A DNA stretch of 63,038 nt, filler included, from Conidiobolus incongruus B7586 (Eukaryota): assembly GCA_000697335.1 (NCBI GenBank). It is 22 parts of 22 records of this genome, joined end to end, with 100 filler letters (N's around TTAATTAATTAA, not from the genome) between each part and the next. Parts side by side here need not be neighbours in the genome. Positions count along the whole stretch, not along the records: positions 50,344 to 51,820 come from JNEM01004546.1; positions 51,921 to 55,521 come from JNEM01004547.1; positions 55,622 to 59,121 come from JNEM01004548.1; positions 59,222 to 61,879 come from JNEM01004549.1; positions 61,980 to 63,038 come from JNEM01004550.1; 17 more parts are not named here. The stretch is one strand, 5' to 3'. The position numbers were made by a program, and so were the translations under genes. Below, piece after piece: positions 50,344 through 62,882 of the stretch (its first letter is position 1; each line of letters opens with the position of its first letter). The notes under the pieces were generated by a model. The model was not told the origin of the DNA. It saw nothing but the letters and a program-made list of their open reading frames with translations, and searched no databases.

Positions 50344-51820
50344 CAACCTATAAAAGTAAGTTATAAAATTAAAACTACTTATATATTTATTTATATCTTA
50401 TATTATTTTTAATTAAATAAATTTAAATTAAGATATATAGTTTATTTATATTAGTTGATTATAACTAACTATATTTAATTATATTATATTAGCTATTAGT
50501 TAATATATTAAAACTTAAAATTTAACTAAGATGAGTTATAAATTTATAAGTTAATAAATTAAAAGGATATAAATAACCAAGCTTATATATATCTTTTTTT
50601 TCTTTTGTTGTAATATATATATTGTAAAATTATTAAGCTAATATTTTAAAATTAATATTATATTACTTAAATCTCTCTTTAAAAAAGTTCACTTATATAT
50701 TAATTAACTTTATAGTAAAAATAAATCAACTTGTAAAACTGTTAAAATTACTAATATTAGTTAATTTACTATAGTTAAGGCTATTAAAAATAATGATAAA
50801 AAAACACTTAAACTAAAGATTAAACATGTTAAAATCATAAATAAATATGATAAAAAGTATATTTGTAAATTAATTAATATAGGTAAGTATAATATTATTA
50901 TAAAAATATAATAAGAATTATAAGATTATATAAAAATATTAATTAGTATTAATATTATTATATATATTTCACATTTGAATAAATATTACTTATATTTAAA
51001 AAAACATCTTTAATTAAAAAAGTCTTATTATAAAATTAAATAAGAGTTTAAATATTAATATTAAAGTTAAATTAAAATTAATTAGAGTAATGTTATTTAG
51101 TTTGATAAAACAAAAATATATATTAATAAATTTAATAAAAAAGCTAAATATTTCAAAAAAATAAAAAACTACTTTATAGCTATTATATTATTATAACCCA
51201 AAAATATAATAATAGGTTAATTATAGTTTAAAGATATATATTATCTTTAGGTATAAGGTGTTTTTTTAGGGTTAATAAAAGAATTAATATTGAGATATAT
51301 TAAAGTATTTTAATTAATGAATTAAAAAAACTATTGAGTAATATAAGTTAAATAAATCAAAAATTATTTTCTAATAAGATAATACCTTTTGTTATATTAT
51401 AAATTCTACTATTAAATAGCTTAAAAATAACAAAATAACTATTATAAAATAATTTCCTTTATTTTTTAATTTTAACCTAATTAAATTTCTTTAGGATCAA
51501 TTAAAAAAATTAATTAAAACTTCCCCCTAATAAAAATTTAAATTAACTTTAGGAGTATATTTAAAAAACTTAGAATAATATTAGTTTTACTTAATATAAG
51601 GAGCTAGTTGATTATATACTTTATACATTTAAAGAAGTTAAAAAAGCAAAAGATAAATATATTAGATATTAATTTTTCTATCAATACTAAAACTCACAAA
51701 TTAATAACTTATTTTAAATATACTTTTAATTCTAATATATCAATTAATAATTAGTTAAATTTAACTTTATATATTATATTATAAATAAAAAATATATTTT
51801 AATTACATAGTTCAATATAA
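50344..51820 (+). mobile_element. Tc1-like family A copy A9
   Basis: Starts inside the left TIR ('aacctataaaagtaagttataaaatt') and is colinear with A6. Confidence 0.92.
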
Positions 51821-51920
51821 NNNNNNNNNNNNNNNNNNNNNNNNNNNNNNNNNNNNNNNNNNNNTTAATTAATTAANNNNNNNNNNNNNNNNNNNNNNNN
51901 NNNNNNNNNNNNNNNNNNNN

Positions 51921-52380
51921 ATTAGAAAATTAATAACTACTTGTGTTAACTTTATTTATTATTATTTTAAGGGTTTATCTATAACTGATTTTATTTAAAT
52001 CTAATATTATATATTATAATATTATTAAAAAAAATACCTTTATATTTTTTTAATAATAATAAAAACTTAATTATTGAGTAAATCTAAAACTTTAGTTTTT
52101 GAAAGCTTATTACCCTTTAAAAAACTTATATTAAATAATTTTTAATTAAGAAAAATATAACTTAAAATCTTAAAATTAATAAACTAGGTATTTTACTATT
52201 ATATTAACCTACAAAAGTGAGTTATAAAATCAAAAACACTTATACTTTTACTAATAACTTGATTAATATTTAATAAAATAGACTTAAATTAAATAATTAA
52301 ATATTCTAAATATAACTTAAATAAATTATTATATTACTGGTTAATAATATTTGAATTTAAAATATAATAATTTTGTTTAT
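51921..52380 (+). mobile_element. G1 leader/gag fragment (51921-~52200) joined to an A-family TIR fragment (~52202-52380)
   Basis: The first part matches 17790-18067 and 6035-6213. It is followed by 'attaacctacaaaagtgagttataaaatcaaaaacactta', the A TIR. Confidence 0.75.
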
Positions 52381-54799
52381 CTAAAATTTACAAAGCTATA
52401 TATTAATTTTTATCATATTGATATTATTTTGTCAAGTTATATCATTTTATTGAATAAAATATAAATCAAAATATAAGGATTATTCAATTTTCATATAAAA
52501 TTAATATTATTAATATTCATATGACTATTTTATACTCAATTGAAATATATTATTATAATTTGAATATAATACAACCAAAGAATAAATCTAAAGTCTATAT
52601 AATATTAAATATTCATTAATCATGATTCTTATAATAAGCTTTAAAACCTTTAATTTATATTTAACCTATTTTAAGGTTTAATTAAAGCTTAATAGTTATT
52701 AAACAACAAGTTCAAACATTTTACATTTTAAGATTTTAATCAAATATCTACTATTCAAAACTATTATAAAACACTTTCAATAAGCTTTACGATAAAACTA
52801 ATAAGAATTTTTGAAAATAATATTTGATGTTTATTAACATATTAATCAGATATGGCGGTTAGAAATTTGTCAATATAATTTAGTCTAAACTCAATTCGTA
52901 TAAAATTAATAAAGGTAATCCAATATCTCTTATATTCAGCGGTTTAAAAAATAATTCCTATAATTAAATCAAAGAATATTTTTATATCAAAATCATCTCA
53001 ATTTGACTCTAATATTAGTTTTAAAAGTACTAGAGGATCTAATAGTTTTTAATAATTACTCAATATAATATATATATATATATATATAATTCTAAATAAT
53101 CAAGTAAAAAATTAAAAATCACAATATTTCAAATTCTAATTTATTTTAAACAAAATAAATTTATTAAAATACTATATTACGCTAAGTATTTAATAGTCAC
53201 TCTTTACAAAAATCTTCAAGCTATAATTGATTACAAATAATATATAAGATATAATATTGAAAATTGGTTTTTTTAAAGTAATAGTGCAAAAAATGGCATA
53301 GGAGTCTAATTATTTTTAAATTTTCCTAAATTTATAACCAAAAAAAATAAAGAACTAAATAATATCTTAAATAACATCAATATCCTCTAATATAAAAGCT
53401 AATACAATCATTATATTCTGATATTCACTTTATTTCTAGTTCATTGGAAAATAAGTATATAGGGTTTATATATCATAATTAAAAAAACAAAATAAATATA
53501 ACTAATATGATTTTTATATTAATATTATAGTTATCCTAAAAAATATAGAATAATTATTGCAATTGATTAATCATGATTTTTAACCCATAAACTTTTACAA
53601 AGAATAAAAGTAGTGCTTAGTTTGATAATTCAAAATGTTTATCGTAAATTCCGAAATAATAAATATTTGAAAAAAAAATGTTATTATTAGGTAGATATTA
53701 AAAATATATTATTCAAAGAAATATTACTAGAAAACACAATTTGTATTAATAAAATATAATTTAAATAATTAAACATTTATATGATATATTGGCTTAAAAA
53801 ATTCAATTCAGAATTATTTTTTATATCATAATTGCTTATATATATAACGAAAACTATCAAAAAGATATTTATTAAAAAGGACTGGTTTATATTACCGTAT
53901 TAATTATTTTCAAAAGGTATGGATTCTTGTGATTATAATTATATTGGTAAGATGAAGAATTTGATTCAAAGGAAGAAATTCTTGATAATTTAATTCTATA
54001 TTTCAAAATTAAAAATATAAATATAAAGTTATAGGAACTTATATAAAAGAATTAAGCAATATCCATTAGTATGGAAATCTGTTATTGAAACAACGAGATA
54101 TTAATTATTAAAATCACAATAACTTCAAATTAGGTTAATTGATTGAAATAAAATTAATTTTGAAATTTTTGAACTTATTTTAAAATATTTTATATTTTTG
54201 ACTAAATGATATTTCTGGTATTATAGAATTTTCATGATTGGTAAATATATTAATATAACTGTTATTCATGGAAATTTAATTTTTATACCCTTATTATATT
54301 AATCAATATATTTTACACCTGAAATTTTTATAATTGATGAATTCTCATCTATTATACTATATTAATTTTTATTTTTTATTAGATATTTAATTTTACTTTG
54401 AAAAAATTTAGCTACTTTGTATATAATTCAAATAATTGACAAAAATCAACAAAATTTTATTCATAGATTATTTATTTCATATTTAATTTAATCCAACAAT
54501 AAAATTGATTTATATTATTTTATAAAAATTTATAAATTTTTCATAATAAGTTTAAAACTATCCGTTATTATAAAATTTATATAAAATTTAAATCAAATAA
54601 AATTTCTACTGAAAATTTCATTAAATAGTTATATCAATATAAAAATATAGAAATTGAAAATTTATTATTTAACCAACTTATATTATATTCAATCAAAATA
54701 TTTAAAGGGAAAGATTTTGAACAATATTTTGTATATACTAGTTCCAAAAGATCAGGTTCATTTGATTTGAGATATATTATTAAGTGAATAAAACAAGAG

Positions 54800-55270
54800 A
54801 TTCTATAAAAACAATATCTTTATATGGATCAAGAAGGTGAATGGTAGATTTGAGACTATAAAAGACCAATATATACACATCCATTATATAGATAAAAAAT
54901 GCCAATTGATGCAAAGAAATATAGCTAAAATGATATAGGATTTTGTATAATAATATTGTTTTACTAACAAGGATACCAGATTATTTTGATTTTTGCTAAT
55001 TTGACTGACTAAGCGTTTAAATCTTTGCTCGTTCAAATCAAAAAAAATAAATAAGATTTAAATTAAAACACTGATATTTGTATATAAGCTGTTAACATTA
55101 GAGCTTTTGAGAAGTAGGTCAAATAGCAGCTATTTGGAATAATCTTGTAATATTAAAGAATATTTGAGTGTGCAACATTGAATAGGACTCGTTATAGATA
55201 GTTACAAATACACTACCAGTTGTAAAAGTTGTCGAGTAAAGCAACCACACTTAAAAGTAAAACATCATAT
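54800..55270 (-). pseudogene. Possible decayed multi-pass membrane (GPCR-like) gene
   Basis: GC-richer, CpG-retaining patch. Minus-strand relics in different frames: TGSVFVTIYNESYSMLHTQIFFNITRLFQIAAI*, KIIWYPC, IHLLDPY. Confidence 0.25.
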
Positions 55271-56803
55271 CTAAGGTTATTAATAATACCTGAGATCTTT
55301 ACAATTCTCTTATTTAATAATTGATTTTGAACAATGTTTCAATAAAAAATCAATTAATATGTTTTGCTCCATTTGATTTTTAAGTTTATAAAGGAAAAAA
55401 TGGCAATTTTTTAAAGTTTTTTCAAGTATATTCTTAATTTTATATATATATTTTATATAAAATAAATATAATAATTGATATTGGAATTTATTTATATATA
55501 TATATTTATATTCTTGTTTTTNNNNNNNNNNNNNNNNNNNNNNNNNNNNNNNNNNNNNNNNNNNNTTAATTAATTAANNNNNNNNNNNNNNNNNNNNNNN
55601 NNNNNNNNNNNNNNNNNNNNNATATTAAAAAATAATTCAAAAATTTGAATAATTATATTAAGTTGATTAATTTTTTAATTGAAAATTATTAATGTATATA
55701 AAGAATATATATATATATATATGGTATTAGTGTTAATAAATCAGATTTAATAAAAATTTTGATATATAGGATTATAATAGAAGATATATATTATTTTTAA
55801 TTTTTTAATATTAATAAAATTTATTAAGAATCAAAATATTTTATTATTTTAATAATATTATATTAGAATAAAAAATCGACTATTAAAAAATAATTGAAGA
55901 TTTAGGAAATATATTTATCAAATAAAGAAGAGTAAATTAATCAACTTATTAAATTTGATATTTGGAATAATAAAATTTAAAATAATGCTTAATTCATTTA
56001 TTTTTATATAATACACAATAAAAATATATTATATTTTGATTATAAACAATAGAAATTTAAAATAAGCAAATAGATGTTCATATTATTAAAAAGTATTGCA
56101 ATTATTCAACTTTTTAATTATATGTATTTTATTAAGGCTAATACATAACAGTTTTGTTAAATGATCAAATTGTAAAATAGGAAAATAGCTATTATGCATT
56201 GATTTATATTTATTTTATTTTATCGATTCAACTTAAGATAGAGTTAAATTCATTAATACAATAGAATTTTACTATAGTGAATCTAATTTTTTAAAATTGA
56301 TATTTTTGAAATTGAGATATAATATATGAAATATTGATTTTTAATTTTGGAATAATTGATATTATTTAAAGAATGAAAATTACTAAATAAACAGTTTGAT
56401 ACAATATTTTCAAAGCAAATTATAAATTAAACAAAATTATAATTAATACAAACTTAGTATTTTAATTAATTAATTAAATTTCTTTTATTTGTTATATTTG
56501 TATTCTATTTTATATAAATATATTTTTAATCTTAATTTCAAGTTTTTATGGAATTTCAAAAAAAATAAATTGAATAATATCAATATTTAGAAATGAACAA
56601 ATTACTGTGAAAAATTCATAACAGTATAAAATTGATTAAGGTTTAATTGATCCACTATATTGACCTTGTGAGCCCAGTCAAAAACTCCATCAATGTGACT
56701 TAAGTGATTACTGAGAAGTTTAAAGTCGAATACTAATCATAATCACTCACTAAACTAACCCATAACTATAATCAATATAATTAATTATAATTTTTTAATG
56801 AAA

Positions 56804-56811
56804 TGACGTCA
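56804..56811. promoter_or_regulatory. Palindromic ATF/CRE-type bZIP site TGACGTCA 83 bp upstream of HOM6
   Basis: Perfect palindrome containing a CpG in a very AT-rich promoter. Confidence 0.5.
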
Positions 56812-56893
56812 ATTTATTATTTTATATAATTACAGATTAAAAAATATTTGTTGATAATTGATAGTAATAATAATAATATAAAGGATATACATT

Positions 56894-57964
56894 ATGATTC
56901 AAATTGGATTAGTCGGTGTAGGTCTCGTAGGTAAAGCCTTCGTTAAAGAAATTTTCAAAAGGGACAACCCTTTCCAAACTCAAGCTCCCTTCAAATTGGT
57001 TGGTTTGATCAATTCTAGAAAGATGGTGTTCCAGCCCCAAGGTATGAATGGTGACGACGCTATTAATCAATTGGAAAGTGGAGACCCTGCTAATCTTGGA
57101 GATTTCATTTCTCAATTTGAGCGCTTGGAAGGTAATAGAGTGATTGTAGACTGTACTTCCAACCAAGATGTCGCTGAGAAGTATCCCGAGTGGTTGAGTA
57201 AGAAGTTTCATATTGTCACTCCCAACAAGAAGCCCTTCTCCAGCGACTTGAAGCTTTTCAAGGATATTTTCGAAACTTCCAAGAAGCACGGTGTTCAAGT
57301 TGGTTACGAATCCACAGTTGGTGCTGGATTACCTTTGATCCGCACCCTTAACCACCTTGTCAATAGCGGTGACAAAGTCGATAAGATCGAGGGTATTTTC
57401 TCAGGCACTTTGTCACACCTCTTCAACACGTACTCTAGCCTTAGCAATAAGCAAGCTCAAAGCTTTGCCCAAATTGTCAAGAAAGCCCAGCAGGACGGGT
57501 ACACTGAGCCCGATCCCCGCGACGATTTGAGCGGGATGGACGTTGCCCGAAAGCTCGTTATTTTAGCTCGTACTGCTGGATGGGACCTCAGTTTAGAGAA
57601 TGTTCAAATTGACAATTTAGTCCCAGAAGCACTCCAGAGTGTTGCTACCAGCCAAGAATTCCTCGACAGACTTCCCGAATTTGATGACCACTTCGCCAAA
57701 TTGAACGAGGAAGCCCTCAGCAAGAACCAAGTGCTCAGATACGTCGGTCAAGTTGACTCCACGGGAACTGCTCAGGTTAAACTCTCGGGCTATGATGCAG
57801 CTCATCCCTTCGCCTCACTCACCCTCAACAACAATATCGCAGCCTTCAAGACCGCTCACTTCCTTAGTCCCCTCATTATTCAAGGTGCTGGCGCCGGCGA
57901 CCTCGTCACGGTATTTGGAATTTTATCTGATTTATTAACTATTTCCAAAATTGTCAAACATTAA
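56894..57964 (+). CDS. HOM6: Homoserine dehydrogenase (monofunctional, fungal type), 356 aa, intronless
   Basis: Rossmann GVGLVG, then HIVTPNKK, YESTVGAGLP, EGIFSGTLS, GYTEPDPRDDLSGMDVARK and QGAGAG. Confidence 0.97.
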   Translation: MIQIGLVGVGLVGKAFVKEIFKRDNPFQTQAPFKLVGLINSRKMVFQPQGMNGDDAINQLESGDPANLGDFISQFERLEGNRVIVDCTSNQDVAEKYPEWLSKKFHIVTPNKKPFSSDLKLFKDIFETSKKHGVQVGYESTVGAGLPLIRTLNHLVNSGDKVDKIEGIFSGTLSHLFNTYSSLSNKQAQSFAQIVKKAQQDGYTEPDPRDDLSGMDVARKLVILARTAGWDLSLENVQIDNLVPEALQSVATSQEFLDRLPEFDDHFAKLNEEALSKNQVLRYVGQVDSTGTAQVKLSGYDAAHPFASLTLNNNIAAFKTAHFLSPLIIQGAGAGDLVTVFGILSDLLTISKIVKH

Positions 57965-58293
57965 ACTGTAAATTTCATTATTATTGTAAAATCAAATAAT
58001 ACAAATATCAAAACCTAATTAAGTCCCAATATACCTCAATTTTTTATCCAAAATAATCTTAACTAAAATAATATTTAATCAAGATTTAATATTTGTAAAT
58101 ATTAATTTATATATGTTAATTAAAATATTTTAATAATCTATAAATAATATTAATTACCAAAAAAAAGAAAAAATTTTATATATTTAAATTATTTTTTATA
58201 TTAATGGAAAATATTTGTAATTATAATTAAATAAAATTTCAATTGAAAAAATTGATAAATATATCAAAAATTCGGAGTTCGAGAAATCTTATA

Positions 58294-58367
58294 TGATCTC
58301 GCTCAGATTCGAACTGAGGACCGTCTGTGTGTTAGACAGACGTGATAACCAACTACACCACGAGATC
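58294..58367 (-). tRNA. tRNA-Val (anticodon AAC), intronless, 74 nt
   Basis: Minus strand reads GATCTCGTGGTGTAGTTGGTTATCACGTCTGTCTAACACACAGACGGTCCTCAGTTCGAATCTGAGCGAGATCA, a full cloverleaf. An A34 Val anticodon is a eukaryotic trait. Confidence 0.97.
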
Positions 58368-58849
58368 TTTTTAATTTTGTTAAATAATTTAATTTGATTT
58401 ACTCTCCATTTTCAAGTAAAATTAATATATAATTTGATTTCCGTCATTTTCAACATTGCTATTTCTTTAATGTGTCAATTTTTTGTCATACACTTTAAGT
58501 GGATTTGAAATCAATACTACATTAATTTTATTATAGACTCTTAGAACTTGAATAATATTATTTTCACTATTATATTTCAATTATTATACAGATTCTAATT
58601 TTATAATATTTTAAAATCATCATTTTTATTATATTTTTTTTAAACTATAATAATGAATTAATGTAAATATTAAATTCTGATTGAATCAATCAGTTATAAT
58701 TTATTTACATTGTATTGGGTTTGTTATATAAAATATTTTATATTTTAACATATAGCATAGTTATTTTAATAAAAAATTTTAAGATAATAATTATATAAAT
58801 ATAATTTTATTTAGTTTAATCTATTTCAATTAATTTATATTAAATATAT

Positions 58850-59121
58850 ATTTAAGGGATATTTTAACCCCTTGTCCCAAGAACTGGTGATATTCTAGAT
58901 AATCCACTTTATAAGCCAAAGTTTGATGAGTTTGAAATATTTAAATCTTTTGATTTTTTTAAATATATCTATTTTTTACTTTTATTAATTTAACCTTTAA
59001 TTTTATCTTTTATATTTTTTTTTAGTATTTTTATTTAATATTTTTTATTTTTTATAAAATTTCTCTTTATAAAGAAATATGTCCTTTATATATATTTGAT
59101 AAATAAAATTAAATTATTTTT
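58850..59121. repeat. Second, less mutated copy of repeat family C (probable LTR)
   Basis: 'cccttgtcccaagaactggtgatattctagataatccactttataagcc' versus 'ttctttatctcaaaaactagtgatattttagaaaatctattttataagcc' at ~23250. Differences are mostly C>T/G>A. Confidence 0.7.
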
Positions 59122-60395
59122 NNNNNNNNNNNNNNNNNNNNNNNNNNNNNNNNNNNNNNNNNNNNTTAATTAATTAANNNNNNNNNNNNNNNNNNNNNNN
59201 NNNNNNNNNNNNNNNNNNNNNATTTTAAAACAAAATATTAAATATAATTAAAATAACCCTTTTTATGAATATTAATTATAATATTATATGTTTTTTATTT
59301 ATTTATATTAAATTAATTAATAAAAGGTTTTATTAATTTTTTTATAATATAAAAAATTAGTTTTACTAAATATTTATATATATATATATAAAACCTAAAA
59401 AAATGCCACATGTTATATATTCACTAGATTAAAACCAATTTCATTATAATCCCTTTAGGTAATTAAATTATATACTTATAAATTATTAAATTTAGTCCTT
59501 AATAAAAATAATTATTTTTTAAATATTATAATTTTATCAAAAATATTGAAAAGGTTTCCAATAATAAAAGATAGTATTAAGTTTATAATATATATATAAT
59601 ATTAAAAATTACACTTAATTTTGATTTTAAATTTTGCCTCATTTTTATAAGAAAATTAATGAAATATAATCTAACTCAGTATATTTTTAAAAAATTGATC
59701 AATTGTTATTAAAAATCAATAATCAAGATTTAAATTCAAAAAAGTCTTAAAATTAGATAAATTAAATATATATATTTAGTAATTTCAACTTAGTCACTAA
59801 ATTTCAAAATGAATCTTGTTTAAACAGTTTTAACATACACTAAAATTGTAAATTTGTTAAAAATCTATTGATCTACAATTTTTTGGCTGAAATACCATTT
59901 GGTCCCAAAAGTTTATTCCCTTTTATATTAATACAATCGGAGATGAATTATATATGGTACTTGTTAATTGAAATTAAATACAAAATAGGTTTCGAATCCC
60001 ATTAAGAGTAATAAACCAATATTAATATAAACATTATTTATACGGTGAATAATTTATTGTATATGAATGAATCTTAATTTTCTATACAAGTAATTTCAAA
60101 TAAATCTCCATTGTAAATTACAATAAAATTTTTCTGATAAATTAGTAGATCAACAAATTCAACCTGAAAAATTTTATATTAAAAATTTCTAAAATTGAAT
60201 TCAATTAATTTTTAATTTTTAATATTGTCAATACCTAATAATTTTCCACAATTTGTATTTGAAATTTAATTGGTTCATGCCAATTTAGAATATATTGATA
60301 AATTATAAAATACCTTGAATAGTTGAGAAATTATCAAGTTTTTCATAACAAAAAATAATATTATAAATTTATTAATAATCAAAAAAATAATAAGA

Positions 60396-60809
60396 ATGAA
60401 ATTATTTAAGTATATCATATTTACCATACCATTATTGGCTGTTTCTTTGCCCAAAGATGGTACGAAAGAGGTGGAAGGGCTTGGGAAAAGGGATGATAAT
60501 AAAGAAGTAAACAGAGTTGAGGAGAATAAGAAGAAAGATGAAGAGGAAATGAAGGAAAAAGAGGAAGAGGAAGAAGACAAAAAGAAGAAGGAAGAAGCAG
60601 AAAAGAAAAAAAAGGAGGAAGAAGAATTCCAAATCAATTACCATCCCAAACCGAATAAAGGTGATCCCCATCTTATTGAAATTGAGAATGCAAAGCCGAT
60701 TAATGCTTACCAGGACTATGACTTAGTACATCCACTATTGAGAAGCGAAACCACACCTCTTACATCTTGGAGTAAGAATGCCTTGGACTTAGTCTTTCAG
60801 TGGTCCTAA
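60396..60809 (+). CDS. Small secreted protein, 137 aa, with a Kex2-type KR site and an E/K-rich charged segment; function unknown
   Basis: ATG, N-terminal hydrophobic signal (MKLFKYIIFTIPLLAVSLP), LGKR, and a GC rise over exactly the ORF. Confidence 0.8.
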   Translation: MKLFKYIIFTIPLLAVSLPKDGTKEVEGLGKRDDNKEVNRVEENKKKDEEEMKEKEEEEEDKKKKEEAEKKKKEEEEFQINYHPKPNKGDPHLIEIENAKPINAYQDYDLVHPLLRSETTPLTSWSKNALDLVFQWS

Positions 60810-62882
60810 TTAATTTAAATTTTCTATCGCCCTTATCTCATTTTAAATTTTCTGAGCGTTGTTTTTTGATAGCCGTTAAATTCTAATTATTCCAATATTA
60901 AAATATGTTTTCACCTTGAATTATCCACCTCAGATCATTGTTTTCAAATTATATTATCCAAATAAATTATTTATAAATTATATTCATAACTAATTCCTGT
61001 AATTTGACAATAAAAAACATATTCGATACAATATCACAGAAATTTGAAATTCATTTTTTCATTTTTAATAAATATAAAATTTTATATCTTGAAACAATTC
61101 ATGATTAAATCAGATCATTTTAATTTTTGTATTTAGCCATGTTTTAGTCTGATTCATTAAAAATTATTGTGAAATTGACCTTTTAATTGTATTAAATTTA
61201 TTAAAATTTATATTTTTCCAATATTTATTTTATCTAACAATATATATATATATATATATTCATTTTTCATTACTCCAAAATAATATATAAGTTTTATTTT
61301 TATGATTAACGATTTTTAATATTTTATTAATTCCAATAATTAATCATAATATTTGAATAGTTGGTGAAACAATATAATTTTTTTATATCTAGTATATTAT
61401 TAATTTAAGAAATATTAATATTATATTTTATTGATCTTAATAATATTATTTCAAGAATGAATTGATTACAAATTTTTTGAATTTTAGATTTTAAATAATA
61501 TTTAAATAAATTATATAATTTTAAAAAATATGTCTATATATTTATATATAATTATTTATTATCAAAATATTTTAAAAATCTAATATTAAATATAATCATA
61601 TAAAAAACAAGAAAAAAAATTTAAAATCTTTTATTTTAAGGTTTTTAAATTTTAAAATTTAGTATTTAAAATTATTTTAATATTATATTTAATTATAAAG
61701 ATGGTATTTTATATAAAACTATTTTTTATTAATAGATCTGTAATTTTAAATTCAAAACAAAATTATTTAAAAATATAACTATTATTAATAACCTTTATTT
61801 ATTATTATATATAATTATATATAATTTTTTATTAAAATTTTGAATAATATAATAGGTTAAACTATAATTATCATTATTANNNNNNNNNNNNNNNNNNNNN
61901 NNNNNNNNNNNNNNNNNNNNNNNTTAATTAATTAANNNNNNNNNNNNNNNNNNNNNNNNNNNNNNNNNNNNNNNNNNNNTTTATTTTGTATATTTTTTTA
62001 TTTTTATTAGTAATATATTTGAAAAATCAGAAATTAAAAAATTTCCCAATTTTTAATTTCATGGTAATAATAATTATTTCATTATTTTTGTTAATTTTAT
62101 GTCATATTATATTTTTATATTTTTTTATATTTAAAAAGCATTATATAATTTATTATAAAAAATAATTATTAATAAAATATAGTCTTTTAATTCACATTAC
62201 TTATTATAGACTATATTAGTAAAAATAAACAAATTATAATATCTTAAAGCTTTAAAATAACTTATTTTAATTAATCTGTGATCAGTGGTATTATATTAAA
62301 ATTTCATTATAAAAATCAATTTAGTCTTTTTATTTATATATTATATATTGAAAATATTCTTTTAGAACTTGGTTAGTTTATTTAATTTACTAATTAGATT
62401 AAAAATAATAAATTAAAAATATCGAAAATGATATTATAATCATTTTTATAATATCTTGTGTATATTAAAATATGAATAATTTTTTATATTTATTTACAAT
62501 ATCATAAAAAGTCTTAAATATTTTTAAATTACTACCTATAAATAACTTAAAAGATTTAAAACCATTTATTTTATTTAAATATATTATAAACTAAATAAAT
62601 TTAGTTTTGTAATTAACAGTTATTTTGATTATATTAAACCTATTTAATATATTAAAAGATATAATAAAATCCATAAATATTAAAATAAATATAATATAAA
62701 ATATAAGCAAATTTTAGAAAATACCAATAAAAACTTTATATTGAGATTTATTAAAAAAATAAAAGAAGATATTTGTTAATATATTTAATAACAAGTTATT
62801 TTAATTTAGGCTAGATAAACTATTTAATAATATTTTCTTAATTTATATTTATTTGCCTTTTACTTATAGAAATATCATTATA

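Noticed and set aside
26832..57964. CBA1-like gene plus HOM6 as a methionine/B12 gene cluster
   Set aside because: They are 29 kb and 11 artificial spacers apart, so linkage is unverified.
58864..58880. TTAA-CCC piggyBac left end
   Set aside because: Homology with the 23230 copy extends upstream of the TTAA, and no matching right end or transposase is seen.
56909..60671. ORFs 56909-57298, 57617-57805, 57753-57938, 60275-60637 and 60432-60671 (also 30045-30233)
   Set aside because: Shadows of real genes. The poly-F/S products are just the antisense of the E/K-rich tract.
1245..61979. Regularly recurring TTAATTAATTAA as a CRISPR-like or biological repeat
   Set aside because: Always centred in exactly 44+44 Ns, so it is an assembly linker.
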